A stretch of 64,000 bases of DNA from Raillietiella orientalis. Its lineage: Eukaryota. Of the stretch, positions 11,807-23,700 are shown one piece after another. Below the pieces are notes generated by a model, which did no database searches, was not told the DNA's origin, and worked only from the letters and a program-made list of their open reading frames with translations. The stretch spans positions 5,828,001-5,892,000 of the forward strand of contig JAYWIR010000004.1 in NCBI GenBank assembly GCA_036172245.1. The letters run 5' to 3'. The position numbers were made by a program, and so were the translations under genes. Position 1 is the first letter of the stretch, and every line of letters starts with the position of its first letter.

Positions 11807-12252
11807 ATCTCTTTTCAATAAAACTTCAAAACAAGATTCAGGTTTAGGAGAGAGAAATCATTCTTCCTGAACTGTATGAAAGTATAAGCACACTCTGCAA
11901 GTCCTGCATGCAACAAATCTTTTCTGCAAGTCTAGAACTCCTTCCACAAGAGTCACACCAATAGATCTCAATCACGACAAACGAGAAAGGTAAACGGATG
12001 TGTGTTTTGCACATGTGTGCAATGTAACATTAGTGAATATAATTCTGAATTCTTTCTAAACTCCTAGTGAATGAATCTCTAATATTTCCAAATTTAGATC
12101 TCTATAATAATACTAAACAGCTACTTTTTAATCGAGGGCTTGTTTTGTTTCTGTACTGTGGTAATGAGAAATAATAATAACCTTTTACACTCATTTTTTT
12201 TTCTAAATGTGTTGCTTATTTATTAAAAATGCTTGTGCTTGATATAACTTAC

Positions 12253-12400
12253 TGTTAAAAGCTGTGCGTTTGAGTCAATGCATGCAATGAATGAGAAGCT
12301 TTAATATTATGACGACGTAATCGACAGTAGTACGATATTATTTATAAAGTGATCTTGGCAACACTTCGTTCAGCAAAGGTGTTTTGTTTTGACGAAGATT
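12253..12400 (-). promoter_or_regulatory. Probable PSMG2 promoter / non-coding first exon
   Basis: Strong minus-strand donor (ACA|GTAAGT, intron starting 12252), a local CpG cluster in CpG-poor DNA, and a TGGCAACACT (X-box half-site-like) motif at 12356-12365. Confidence 0.4.
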
Positions 12401-14568
12401 GTACAATTGTGTCAATGCTTCTGCCTTAAACGCAGTCAAGATGTTTGGAATCTGAAGTGTTATTTTCTAGAACGGCTTTCATTGGTTAATTTGCACATTT
12501 ACCTTTGTTTTTGGGTTATCAATCAGGCATCCGATATTTCATGATTAAGGAAGTAACTTATTTAATGTAATTGGAGCATTGAATCAGTAAAGTTTTGTGA
12601 TCATTAGAAATTCAAGTCGTAGTGGTGTGTATTTGCAATTCACAAAATGGGGTTTTCCAGAAATTCTGAGTTTGGGTGGATTTTTGAAAAATTAGAAACT
12701 TTAGAATTTGGAATTGGGATAACACTGTTGCAAAACTTTTTATGTTGCTCATGTTTAGCACATATTATTATGAAGCTTGATCTTAAGTGTTTTGTTATGA
12801 TGTTTCCAAATATGCATAAACATATGAAAGGAATGATAAAAAAGGAAAATTGCCAAGAAAAATTCGTAGACGAATATCCGTATCACCATTTTGATTGAAC
12901 CTCTGTAACATAGTCCTCCATTTAGGTGAGATTAAGGTTAAGGCTTTTACACATTTTAAATGCCATTTAACTGTACGTTATTTGAAATTCTTGGAAAATT
13001 TTCAGGTGCATCTTGCTCTGCATGTTCCTTCCACCTAATGCATGCTTTCAAAGCTTCTCAAAGTTGATGACGTTCAGGCAAATAAGTAAACTAATTACGT
13101 TTCCATTATTAAAATACTAAGAATGTATTATTCACATTTCTGTAATTAAATAAGTTGACTAAATATAAGTTTTAAACCTTATGACCATTTTTGGATCCAT
13201 AAGTTGAATAAGATGAAAGAATTAGAATCTGTGAAACATCTAGTATTATAAGAGTTTTTATTTGCAACTTTTGGGCGAAGTGCTTTTGGAATTAAAAAAA
13301 ACAAAGGTAACAGTGGTTACCTTCAGTATTTAGAGGTAAAAGGCAAGCAAGGTAGTGGTACTTTAAAGGTATTTCAGTGAATTCAGGTGATCACTCATAC
13401 AGACAAGGATCAAATGAAAAGTGGAATGTCTACATTAAGGTGCAAGTGGCTGTTCTGAAAATCTAGGAAAATGTGTCTTTAGCAGCAACTGAAAGCACTG
13501 AGCATCAGTGTAGATGTAGCCAATTGTGATGATGCAGATTAATACAAACTTCAAATGAAAATTTGATGAGACAAATGCAATTGAGTAATAGCTAATGAAA
13601 TTTTACTTTGAATTTTGTATTAATTTGATCAATGGTAGAGTATTTTATGTGTCAATGGTTTTTTATTTTCCTGTAAATAACAGTTTTATGATAGAGATGA
13701 TATCCTTGGTTCCGTTCCATATGACCAGTTGCATGTTTCCAACTTCCATATACTGATTTGTCTACAAAATCAAAAATCTTTATTTTGCTTACCGCAAATG
13801 TTGAAAATCAACAAGTGACTGCCCAGTCAAATGGATCTATTATCATTAAAACTTTTAAAGATTGAATTTAATTAAATGGTGGACTAATGAAATTATGCAA
13901 AAATGTCCATGTAGCCAGCAGACAAAGGTTTGGAATATCGAAGAAGGATGAGGGGCAAATATTATGCCAATGTTGTTTGATGTTTTTTAAAAACACGGAG
14001 ATGTACTAAAATGTGAGAAAAAATATAATGACATTTGTTTCATGGATTATGTTATGATATAATGAGTGAAGTTTAAAAACAGCAGGGCAAAAATGACGAA
14101 TATCTCGGAAATCAGTTCTTCGAATTACTGCTTTCGGATATTTTTAGCATAAAAATAAAAGTAGATCAATTATGGTTGTAGAAGACTTAATTTGCACAGA
14201 TATTTGGTTGTCCTTGCATGATGAGAAGGTTGAAAATGCAATTTGCTGATCTCAATTTTCAGGCAAATGTCATAGCCTTGATTGCCGGAAAATTAATAAA
14301 CAGTAGGACAGTATTATGTATTTTTTTCCTCTTAATTTCCAAAATATCGAATATGTTCAAAACGTTTGATGAAAATTCAATAAATCGGCCATGGAAAATT
14401 CAGTGAAACTTGGTTGATGCTTCCTCTTGTGTCCAGTGTAATTAATTTTTTTTTTTCTGCATAACTTTAGTTTTCAAGATCTCCATCAATGAAGTTGGTT
14501 CTTCACAAAGAATCATATGTGTTTAAGCACAAATTTCAGAAGTTTGATTAACATTGCAGGGAACATTT

Positions 14569-17500
14569 TCAGTACTTCAGAGAGCAGACAAGTGCTACAC
14601 CTCTTTTGGTCCAGTGCTGTTGAGGTTGCTGACTGCAAAGTTCAACAGACAAGATGAAGTTTGTGGAGTGGCCAGTAGTTGACAACATGCCAGCCCGGCT
14701 AAGAGTTTTGTACACTGGACATTCATATACACCTTCATCAGGGCATTTGCGGTTGACTTCCGGCTGCAGCCATATTATTGGCATTGCTGAAAAATTTCGT
14801 GATTTGTTTTATGATGCCGAACTTACCTGTAAACAATTCTTTTGGACGAGACTCAGCTAACTGATGAAGTATTACGTCCCAACGAGCACCTTCTAAGAAT
14901 AGCCCTCTAATGTATGAGCCCAAAGGAGGTTTTTCAGGAGGACTAGTCTCAATTATTTGAAATCCGAAGCTGATGGTGTCTATGGACACTGTGTGTCTTC
15001 TAGCGAAATTTTGCAGTGTTCCTGTGAGAAACGCTTGTGGGAAAAAAAATCCTGAAATCCAATAAATAATGGGTGGCCCATGGTCGATCCATTGCTGCAT
15101 AAAATCAATCCTCAGGAAAAGATCATCAATCCAAGACCCTACTGAGAGGTGCATCGACATTCAAAAGTTTCATACCTAGAGGTTTCAATGAAGGGTATGC
15201 TGCTTTCATCCAAATTTCAGGAACCTGATTCTTGGACATGCTAAGCAGCATGGCTTCCAGTGATTCAGATAATAATACTAAGCCTTTGATTGCTCTTTGC
15301 AAGTCCATCATGGTTTCCCTCATGAGGTCAAGGAGATGATTGTAACGTATTAATTCCTGTTGCAATACTGTGTTCATCGATTCCGTATAGATGGTTGGGT
15401 ATCTTGCGTAATAAACACAATTGATGCAAGAATACATTCTGAATACGTACTTTTTCAACACTTCCTTAATGGGGAAACATTGAGGCAGTTTTGTGATGAT
15501 ATCCTTGATCGTATGCAAAACCACTTCTTCCTTTGTTTGCTCGCCTAATCGAATGGAAGATCATGTATAGCTGAAGATGTATATACGCTCTGAAGCTCAC
15601 ACGAATAGGTTATGCGTACCTATGCATGTATGAAAGTTTATTTACACACACACACACACACACATGTACATCGGATATGTATGCATGCATTCAGGAGCGA
15701 TAATTAGTTTTATTCCGTTCTTGTTTTCTGTTCGTTACTAGAATTGGCTTACAAATTCCCGTAATCTCATATTCTCATTGCTCATAGTCCGTGGTTTCTC
15801 TTCATTTGCTTTGAAGTGACTAATCGCGATCGGATCCTTTGGCTGATAAGTAATCACAAACGAATCGGAATCTTTCATCAAATTCGATTTCGGGTGACCT
15901 GTCGGGAACTTTAATGATTTCTCTGATACTCACTTTTCAATGACTCTACATTTTTTTTTTTTTTTTTTTTTCACGTTACCGTGGGTCCACTACCGGATCA
16001 AATTACGGAGAACGCTTTTTTGTGGCACGTACCAGCACCAGCATGTAAAGGCTGTAGTAATGACAGCTCCCTCAACAGTCGGTATCCTTCATACTGAGCA
16101 AAGGTAATGTCGGCATTTTCATGCAGACCAAAGATGTGTGGTGTATCATTAATAGGCAGTTTCCACAAAGCATCCAGATAGTCTTGATGTGTGTATTTCG
16201 ACGGAAGCTAAGTGCCTAATCAACAGACAGATTGGTGCATCCGTACCTGCTTGTAAATTCCGAAATTATCAAAAGCATAATTCTCATCGAGATTTTTGGC
16301 GTCATAAAATACGTCCAGTATGCTTATTATGCATCTACGATCCCAGTCATCGGTAACACGGCCTCCGTAATTTATGTGTCCTGTTGTGAACTTCAGCACC
16401 TAAGTGTGTAAGAATCATAAGCAATGGTGTTTGCTGCTATCATCTGTCGCAAGCGTATTCTTGGATAAAAACAGAAACATCAAGTGCGTTGTTTTGGAAT
16501 GAAATCGAATTTTCCTGGATGCTATCTAATCGCCTAGGTGTATATAAGCTAGTTTAATCCTCATCGATAAGAAAACTGAGGTGATCAAAATAGGTATTCA
16601 AAACAGAGGGCGAAGCCTTCTGTTTTGAATCTGTTGCAAGCCTTCCAGGTGGCCTTATTTCTTAGAAAATGTGCTTTTTCAAATTTACGGAAAAATTTCA
16701 CAAGGAATTTAGCGATTTTACTTCTATGCTAAAGATTTGCTTGGCTGCCAGACTTTCAATTTCCATATCGGTCATTGTATGAAAATACATGGAAATAAAT
16801 TTGATTTATGTCTTTAACTGTAACGGGATTTACGTTTTCCAAAAAAAGAGAATTCTCAGATATGTAAATAGGAAAGCTTCGAATTGAAACAATAAATGCC
16901 ATCTTGGTGATCTCCTACTTCCGATTGGTTTCTCTCATGATCCCATTCTCGTACTTCAGTTTCAACTCACTTTCACTTGAAGTTTCATTGCAATACAAAT
17001 GCTCCTATTCCTACAGTTAACGACTAAACGCATTTTTGAGAGACTGTAAAATCTTTCGCGAAATTCATGTTCTACGTTAAGAGACGGGATGACAAAATAT
17101 CCTTACTTCGAAAGGGATGTAATCGTATTCTTTTAGGAACATTCCCAATTGAGAAACAGATATTCTAAAGTCACTGTCGGAGAACTCGTAAGATATGTTG
17201 AATCCCAAGGAGCCGAATTTCCTTCTTTCCAAACAAACTCCATGGAACATCGATAAAGAAAAGAGAAGCTTCTTGAAAATAGGGGATTTCGCACTAAGTG
17301 AATTCATCATATCGTCATTGATGAAACCAGTATACAATTTTAGCAGATTGGCCTGGGGAATCCCATGTTTTATTGTGTATTTAAGGGTGAAACAGACTTT
17401 TATTCCTCTCGGTGGCTCCAGGGTAATCTTTAATCCATCTTGTAATAATCCAATAGGAAAGCTCAAACTAGGCATCGATGTGAGCCACAGTCTGAAGTCT

Positions 17501-17797
17501 TTATGCACAGCATCTGGATGAAAAGATTCCACTAAGCTTTCCAGTTCAGGCATCCAACTTGGAGCCAAATGACAGTTCTAGAAAAAACCTCAGTTACATG
17601 AAGATTCTGTTCAGTTCTGACTACACTTTAGATTATTTCCTTTAACAAGTCCTCATCTAAGAACAGAGAGGCCATTCATTACAGACCTGATAAAATACCC
17701 ATTTACCACGCTCCATGGCTTCTTTCATCATAGCTTCTGCTTTAGGACCTTGACCCTGTCCTAAAGAAATTGCTGACAGTTTCTTTAGAGTGTTCAT
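14569..17797 (-). CDS. DNAH1: Dynein exon cluster, AAA6 and C-terminal domain: 17687-17797, 17398-17577, 17107-17352, 16247-16399, 16033-16207, 15451-15544, 15176-15402, 14827-15138, 14569-14786
   Basis: [83 protein letters not shown]. Confidence 0.95.
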
Positions 17798-20700
17798 CTA
17801 ATTTGGAAAGGAAAAATAGACATTTTGATTTAGACTCCTTGATTTTTTTGAAAGCAAGAATTGTATTTTAGTAGAAATCCTAACTTGCAGTTGCGGATTA
17901 GTGATGTTAGGAAATTGGGGAATTTCAAATTATAGCGATCATTACTAAATGAAAGCAAAAATAAAATGCTGTCACCCAAGATCTTTTGTCGCTACTTCGA
18001 GAAATGCTCATAGCATTGAGCAATCAATACGAACCAGCCTCAAAATGAGGAAAATATTCACATTTCTTAACCCCCAAAATGTCTTTTTTTGTCTTCATGG
18101 AAACTTGGTCTTATTTCACGTCCAAATCATCGTCAGAACTCTTGAAATTTTTTATTTATTTACTTTTGCGTTACTTTCACTGATAATCAAAGTATTACAT
18201 TGGACGAATTCTTCAACGAGACTAACTCTGGAACTCCCATGGACAAACAGAAAACAGAAGAGTCGGAAGAGAACTTTGTCCATTGTCAGATGAGAACTTT
18301 CTGACAAGGGAACCACTTATAGAGAGATCAGTATGGGAATTCTAAAATACAAGAAAACTAATCGGATGTTTAGAATCGGGCACCACTGTATCATCTTCAT
18401 CTTCTGATGCCCGATTGTCTCATTTTCTTATTTGCTTCTGTAGAATTATGAAGTGTTTACTGAGAATGAGTGTTTTTGGTTTTGTTTCCTGTTGAAATGG
18501 AGACAATATCGTTTGGAGATAAAAGCAGGAAGGGAGAATAAAATTTAGCGATAGAACTGAACGAAAAATGAAGATGAGAGAAACGGCATCAGCTTTCAAC
18601 AGTTCTCCCAAACGCACACTCGCTCATACAAAAAGGAAAAGACATGGGAAATTTCGTGAAGCGTGCTCGGGTTCAGTGACTGGGAAGCTGCTCCAGACAC
18701 AGGACGCGCACAAGTTTTGCAGTGAATCATCTGGCCTCGGGAAAGATGTTCACAGCAAAGAGCAAAAATACCACATGTCATTATCTTGAGCATTTCAGAA
18801 AGCCTTCTTAATCTCGACTATCAGCGATCAATCTTAATTCGCTCCAAAACGGAATTTGTGTCTTCAAAGGAAAGTTCATCACTCTTAAAAACGAAAAAGA
18901 ACCCTGAAAAAATGCAGCTACGAAAGGGGTACTCCAAGAGCCTGGAACAGAGGGAAAGGAGCAGGAAAATTAAGTTCCAGAAACAAGGGTGGTTTCGTGA
19001 AATCCGATACAGGAAAACTGAAGGAAAAATGTATCTCAATAAATATTCAGAATTAGATGCCAGAATGAAATATAAAAATCCGTTTTTCAAGAATGCATTT
19101 CTCAAGAGGGAAAGCTTTCCATGTACTCGAACTGTTGGCCTTTACAAAAGTGGCGAACTGTTTCGAGCTTGCCTTTTCATCGCTAATCGCGTTCTTACTT
19201 GCTACAAGGTTTCGATTTGCTTACAGGATGGTTTCACCGGCAGTTCCGAGAAGCTGCGAGAGAAGAATCTTTGCTTGCTTGTTATTGGCGTCGGGGATCC
19301 TTGTTGAAAGCCAGTTTGCTCAGAGGAAAGAAAGAGGGATTGCGGACGTATAACGGGGAGCGTATTTTTGAATGGATTGGCAAGCTTTTCCTCTACCCCA
19401 GAACAGCAAAATAGGCAATGATGACTTATTTCAGAAGTGAGGGAAAAAAGTCATCTGATCAGGCACGCTAACATGATCGTGAAACTTCACGAAAAGTCAA
19501 ACAGTCAGAGAGAGGATAGCGGGCACCTCAGTCCCACGAATGGAACGGATTCCGCAGTTCGAAAGCCAGTAGTTTGGGACAGCCTCCACCGACCGAAAGG
19601 CACTAAAAGAAAGGAACTGGACAGATGGGCAGCAAGGTTCGAAAGAGCTCACCAAGAGCCGTGCTGTTTGGCAAACCGCGTACTAAACACAAGTTTTGGA
19701 ACTCAGCTCACGCTGTATCTGGCGTTTGTAGAAAAGGTGAATGGTATAGAAAATCAAGAGCGGCGTGCTGGTTTCGTTCTCCATTAATTGCCCTACGGGC
19801 AGCATCTCGTCGTGGTTTTCGTGTCATCCTTTCAAGTCCTTTGCATCAATTTTTTTTTCTTTTTAGATGAGTACGCAAGGAGTTAGTCGATAAGATCAAA
19901 ACTGGAACTCCAATTTAGATGCGAAGGAAGGAACTACTTTTGATAAACAACCATTAGATGTTGAAGTTCTCCAAACAACGAGGTACGGTTTGCTGTGCCA
20001 ACTATGAGGACTCTTTTATATATGTGTATCCTCAAAGACTATTGCACGCGCACGCACACACGCACACACACACACAACTACATAAAATACGAAACACTTC
20101 TTCGAGCAGCGTCTCGCTGTTACTGTCTGCCAGAGATGCTCAGAGCATTTTCGCTCCAGTGGAGTTTGAGAAAATGCTAAATCAGTTATTTTTAAAAAGT
20201 GATGCAGCACGTGCAGAAAACTTAGCCAACATGATACAGCTCAAAGACATTGCAGAAAGCCGCAAAATGACCTCAGGACAGAATCGATAAATTATAGCCT
20301 TGCAAACTAGAATTTCATTTACAAATGTTCTAGCAAGCAGCACATGTTCAAAATCCATTGATTAAAAAAAATTGATCGGCATCTTTGCTTCAGAAGGAGT
20401 TAAAGAAGGCAGACATTTGGAAAAAGTGTAGGCTTTTCCAATAGGCAAATCTGTTTCTAAGCTGCTACGAAACTGTTGCTGTCTCTTGTGGGGATGCAGG
20501 TCGTTAATTGAAGCTAAGCTTATGAAGATGTCGCGAAGATGTGTTAACTGCTAAAGCACGCGGCAGGTTTAATATTGAGGAGATCGAAAAGATGGCAGTC
20601 AAAAGAAAAGACTCTCGTTCGAGAATCTCGTTCGCGTTGTTGTTTTTCGAGAAAAGTTGGCCAGGACGAATTAATAATCATCACTTGGAAACAAATCCAT

Positions 20701-23700
20701 ACAAATCACGTGAGAAACTGCACTCGTCAAGAGGCACCTTGTAAAAAACTTACTAATATTAAATTTAGGACCCAGAGGTTTTGGGGAAAACTGAATTTTT
20801 GATCTTCGGAAGCTGACCTCTGCAACAGGATTTTGTAAGAGTTTTCGCTCTTGAAAATCGGAAATTCACGATTCAGGCACGTGTTTACCACAGTAATTTC
20901 TCGTTGTAACGCCCTGCATCTGAAACCACAGAGCACTCTTCTACTGTGACCTCGTTTGAGGCAACAACAACAACAAAAATACTTTTGTTGTTATTGCTGC
21001 CTCAAACAAAAGTATTTTTGTTGGTGTCAACAAATGCTGACGGCAATGAAAGTCTGGCAAATCCAAGTCGGTTCCTAGTGCTTGTTGGGAGTTTTTTAAA
21101 ATAAGAGAATCTGATTCAGGTATCGCAAAAAAACCGAAGCATTCGTGTAGAATCCTGAATCCTCACTATCTTTAGCAAGAAATACTGCGCGAAAGTATGG
21201 ATTTCGAAAAATCGAAAAGGTACTTGGGGAGATATGAAGGCTGCCTTTAGCTAAGAGCTAGTGAGGATAGTGAAAATCTAATGGAACGACTGTATCGTTG
21301 CAAAAGGGGGGCGGAAAATGAGGAGGGCGGAAATGCAAAAATGCTGACTTTTAGTGGTTTCTCCATTTGTGTGAAACCTTTTGTGAAATTTCATTGCTAA
21401 AAGCATTCTTATAGTTTCTTCTTTCATTTTTTTTTTCTCTCATCACTTTATCACTGATGGACTGAAATTGTACGAACATCTGTAATGGTTTAAGCGAAAA
21501 TCGGAAAAGCCTAGCATTCTCAGATCCGGAGGACCTTGACTTCCATTCGTTTATAGACAACTTAAAGACAGTGAAAGGGTTTGAGGAAAATTCACTGCGT
21601 TCTCATTCGGTTCCGAGTTCGGCTGGCCATTTGAAAATAAACGTGTATGAATTTACAGTAGGAGAAAAACATCAAAGTGGATTCTGGTGGTCAGCTGTGG
21701 AAGAATCTCTTGGCATCCTTAAAGGGTGAAAGCTGGAACTGACGTTGGTAAGCGCGTAGATGAACGGGCAAAAATCGAGTAAAAATTTTGTAATGCAAAT
21801 TCCACGTTGGACCTGAAATCGATTCAAGGCAGCAGAAGTTTCTGCAATCGCAAACTTTGAAGCGTACGAGTGATGCACTTCTTCACTCAGTTTCCCCTGG
21901 TTATCGGGTGCAGAATCACTGTGCGCTAATTATCATGCAGCATTTAGCAGTTTGGAAGATTTCTCTATCGCTCCTCACTGGCTTCAGTGTCAGATACAAT
22001 ATCGTAACGTGATACGTAATCACTTCTACAGGACAACCAGCCTAGAGCACCGTCTTGGAGTTGAATGGAGAAATCTTTTTTCCGTTCTACGTCTGTTTAA
22101 TTGGGTATCTTAATCAGTTTATGGAAACAGTTAACCTCTGCAGCGTTATGTGTCTTTTCTGTATGTGTATTCGTTTATGATTGTGGATCATAGGGAAGCA
22201 TCGCAGTGCACACTCACTTTGCATTCACATCGAATCAAAAACTCACTTTCAAATTGCAACGATTTTGACGAGGAAAAGCGTAAACGGACGTCAACTTTTC
22301 GGAAAATTCGGATCCCGAATCGACATCCTAGCCAGCCTTTGTTAGCAAGAGAAGAGGGAATAACACAATGCTGATAGTTTTCCATGGCACGAAAGCACAT
22401 GAATCTTCCTGCAAATGCATCTTTGCGCTTCGCTTCGTTCTACTTCATCCGTTGTGGACGAAATAGAACAGATGTTCTGATGCACCGAGAACAAACGGAG
22501 CTGCTGAGATGCGAACGACATGAGGACAGGGTCTACGATGCATTCCTTTTGCTCTGCCGCTACCCTTCGACATCGTGCTAGCCTCAGTCTCAAACACAGG
22601 CCGTCAAATTCCAAAGCTTACACAGAGCCTAGAAATCGTCTAATGTGCGAGTGTATGCATCTCCGCGTGATTTTTTCAGAAACCCCTATTCTCAAGGTAG
22701 GCGGACGTGAAAGGTTGCAAATTTGTCAGATCGCATCATTTTTCTGGATGATGACGCCGCCGCATTCCTTTTGGATGATGTACGCTCATGACATCCCTCC
22801 CTGCCTCATCGGATTGCGAAAAGTGTGCAGACTAGAGGCCGAGGCTGGCCCTTCTTCCGGTCGTGCGCTGGACCGATCTTGAAGAACAAAACTCGCAGGA
22901 GGCAGCTAACGAAATAGTGCGTGTTTCTGGAAACATTAGAGGGCTTTGTACGTGTCCAAAGAGGGAAGCTGTCACCGAAGCTCCTTTCCAATGGCATGCC
23001 GTGGTTTGCAACAAACAAACCACGGCACGCTTTGAGCTATCCGTTCTCCACTGCTTGGAATGTCCCACGCGCATGCGGAAAAGAAGCGGCTCGCAGCAAG
23101 CAGCGAATTCTCAGTTTCCTTTCCTTTATGAGACTCCGTTAGGATGCTCGGCGAAGTGCTAGGAAAAGGGGTGAACTGCGCTCGCGTTCCTGCCTCAACT
23201 CCTTTCAGCCTCCTCTCCGGGAAGGAGGAGGAGCAACGTTTCTCGCCTCGTTACGGCAGGAGCTCCACGCAAAAAATGAAAGAACATCGCGATTTACCTG
23301 TTCGGCGAATTTGTAAAGATCTGACGCAGGATCCGTTCCTTGAGAAAGGATGAATATAAACGGTGTGAGAGGCGAGGTTTCCTCAAATAGGCTCGATAGT
23401 TCCGTACTTTGAGGCTCAATAAATTTTTTCCCTAGGTTGCTGGCGACGTAATCCTGTGTTTCCGTGAGGAATCTCTGAAAGGTTCTTGGATTGTTTCGAG
23501 AAATCTACCTGGAATCCATTTATGAGTTTGTCTGGCCTCAAGGCTTTCATTATCAATAGCAGCCTGAATCGATCTAAGTTCTGTAGGCCAGTTACTTCAG
23601 AGCTCTCTCCGAGAACATTTAAATTCTCAGAGAGTTCTTGAGAGTTACCAGTGTCAAAGTACTCTTGAAAGATTTTGGGATTAGCGATGAAGACGTCTTT

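Noticed and set aside
13695..13757. Possible box C/D snoRNA (GATGATA...CTGA)
   Set aside because: Imperfect C box, no terminal stem, and only partial rRNA complementarity.
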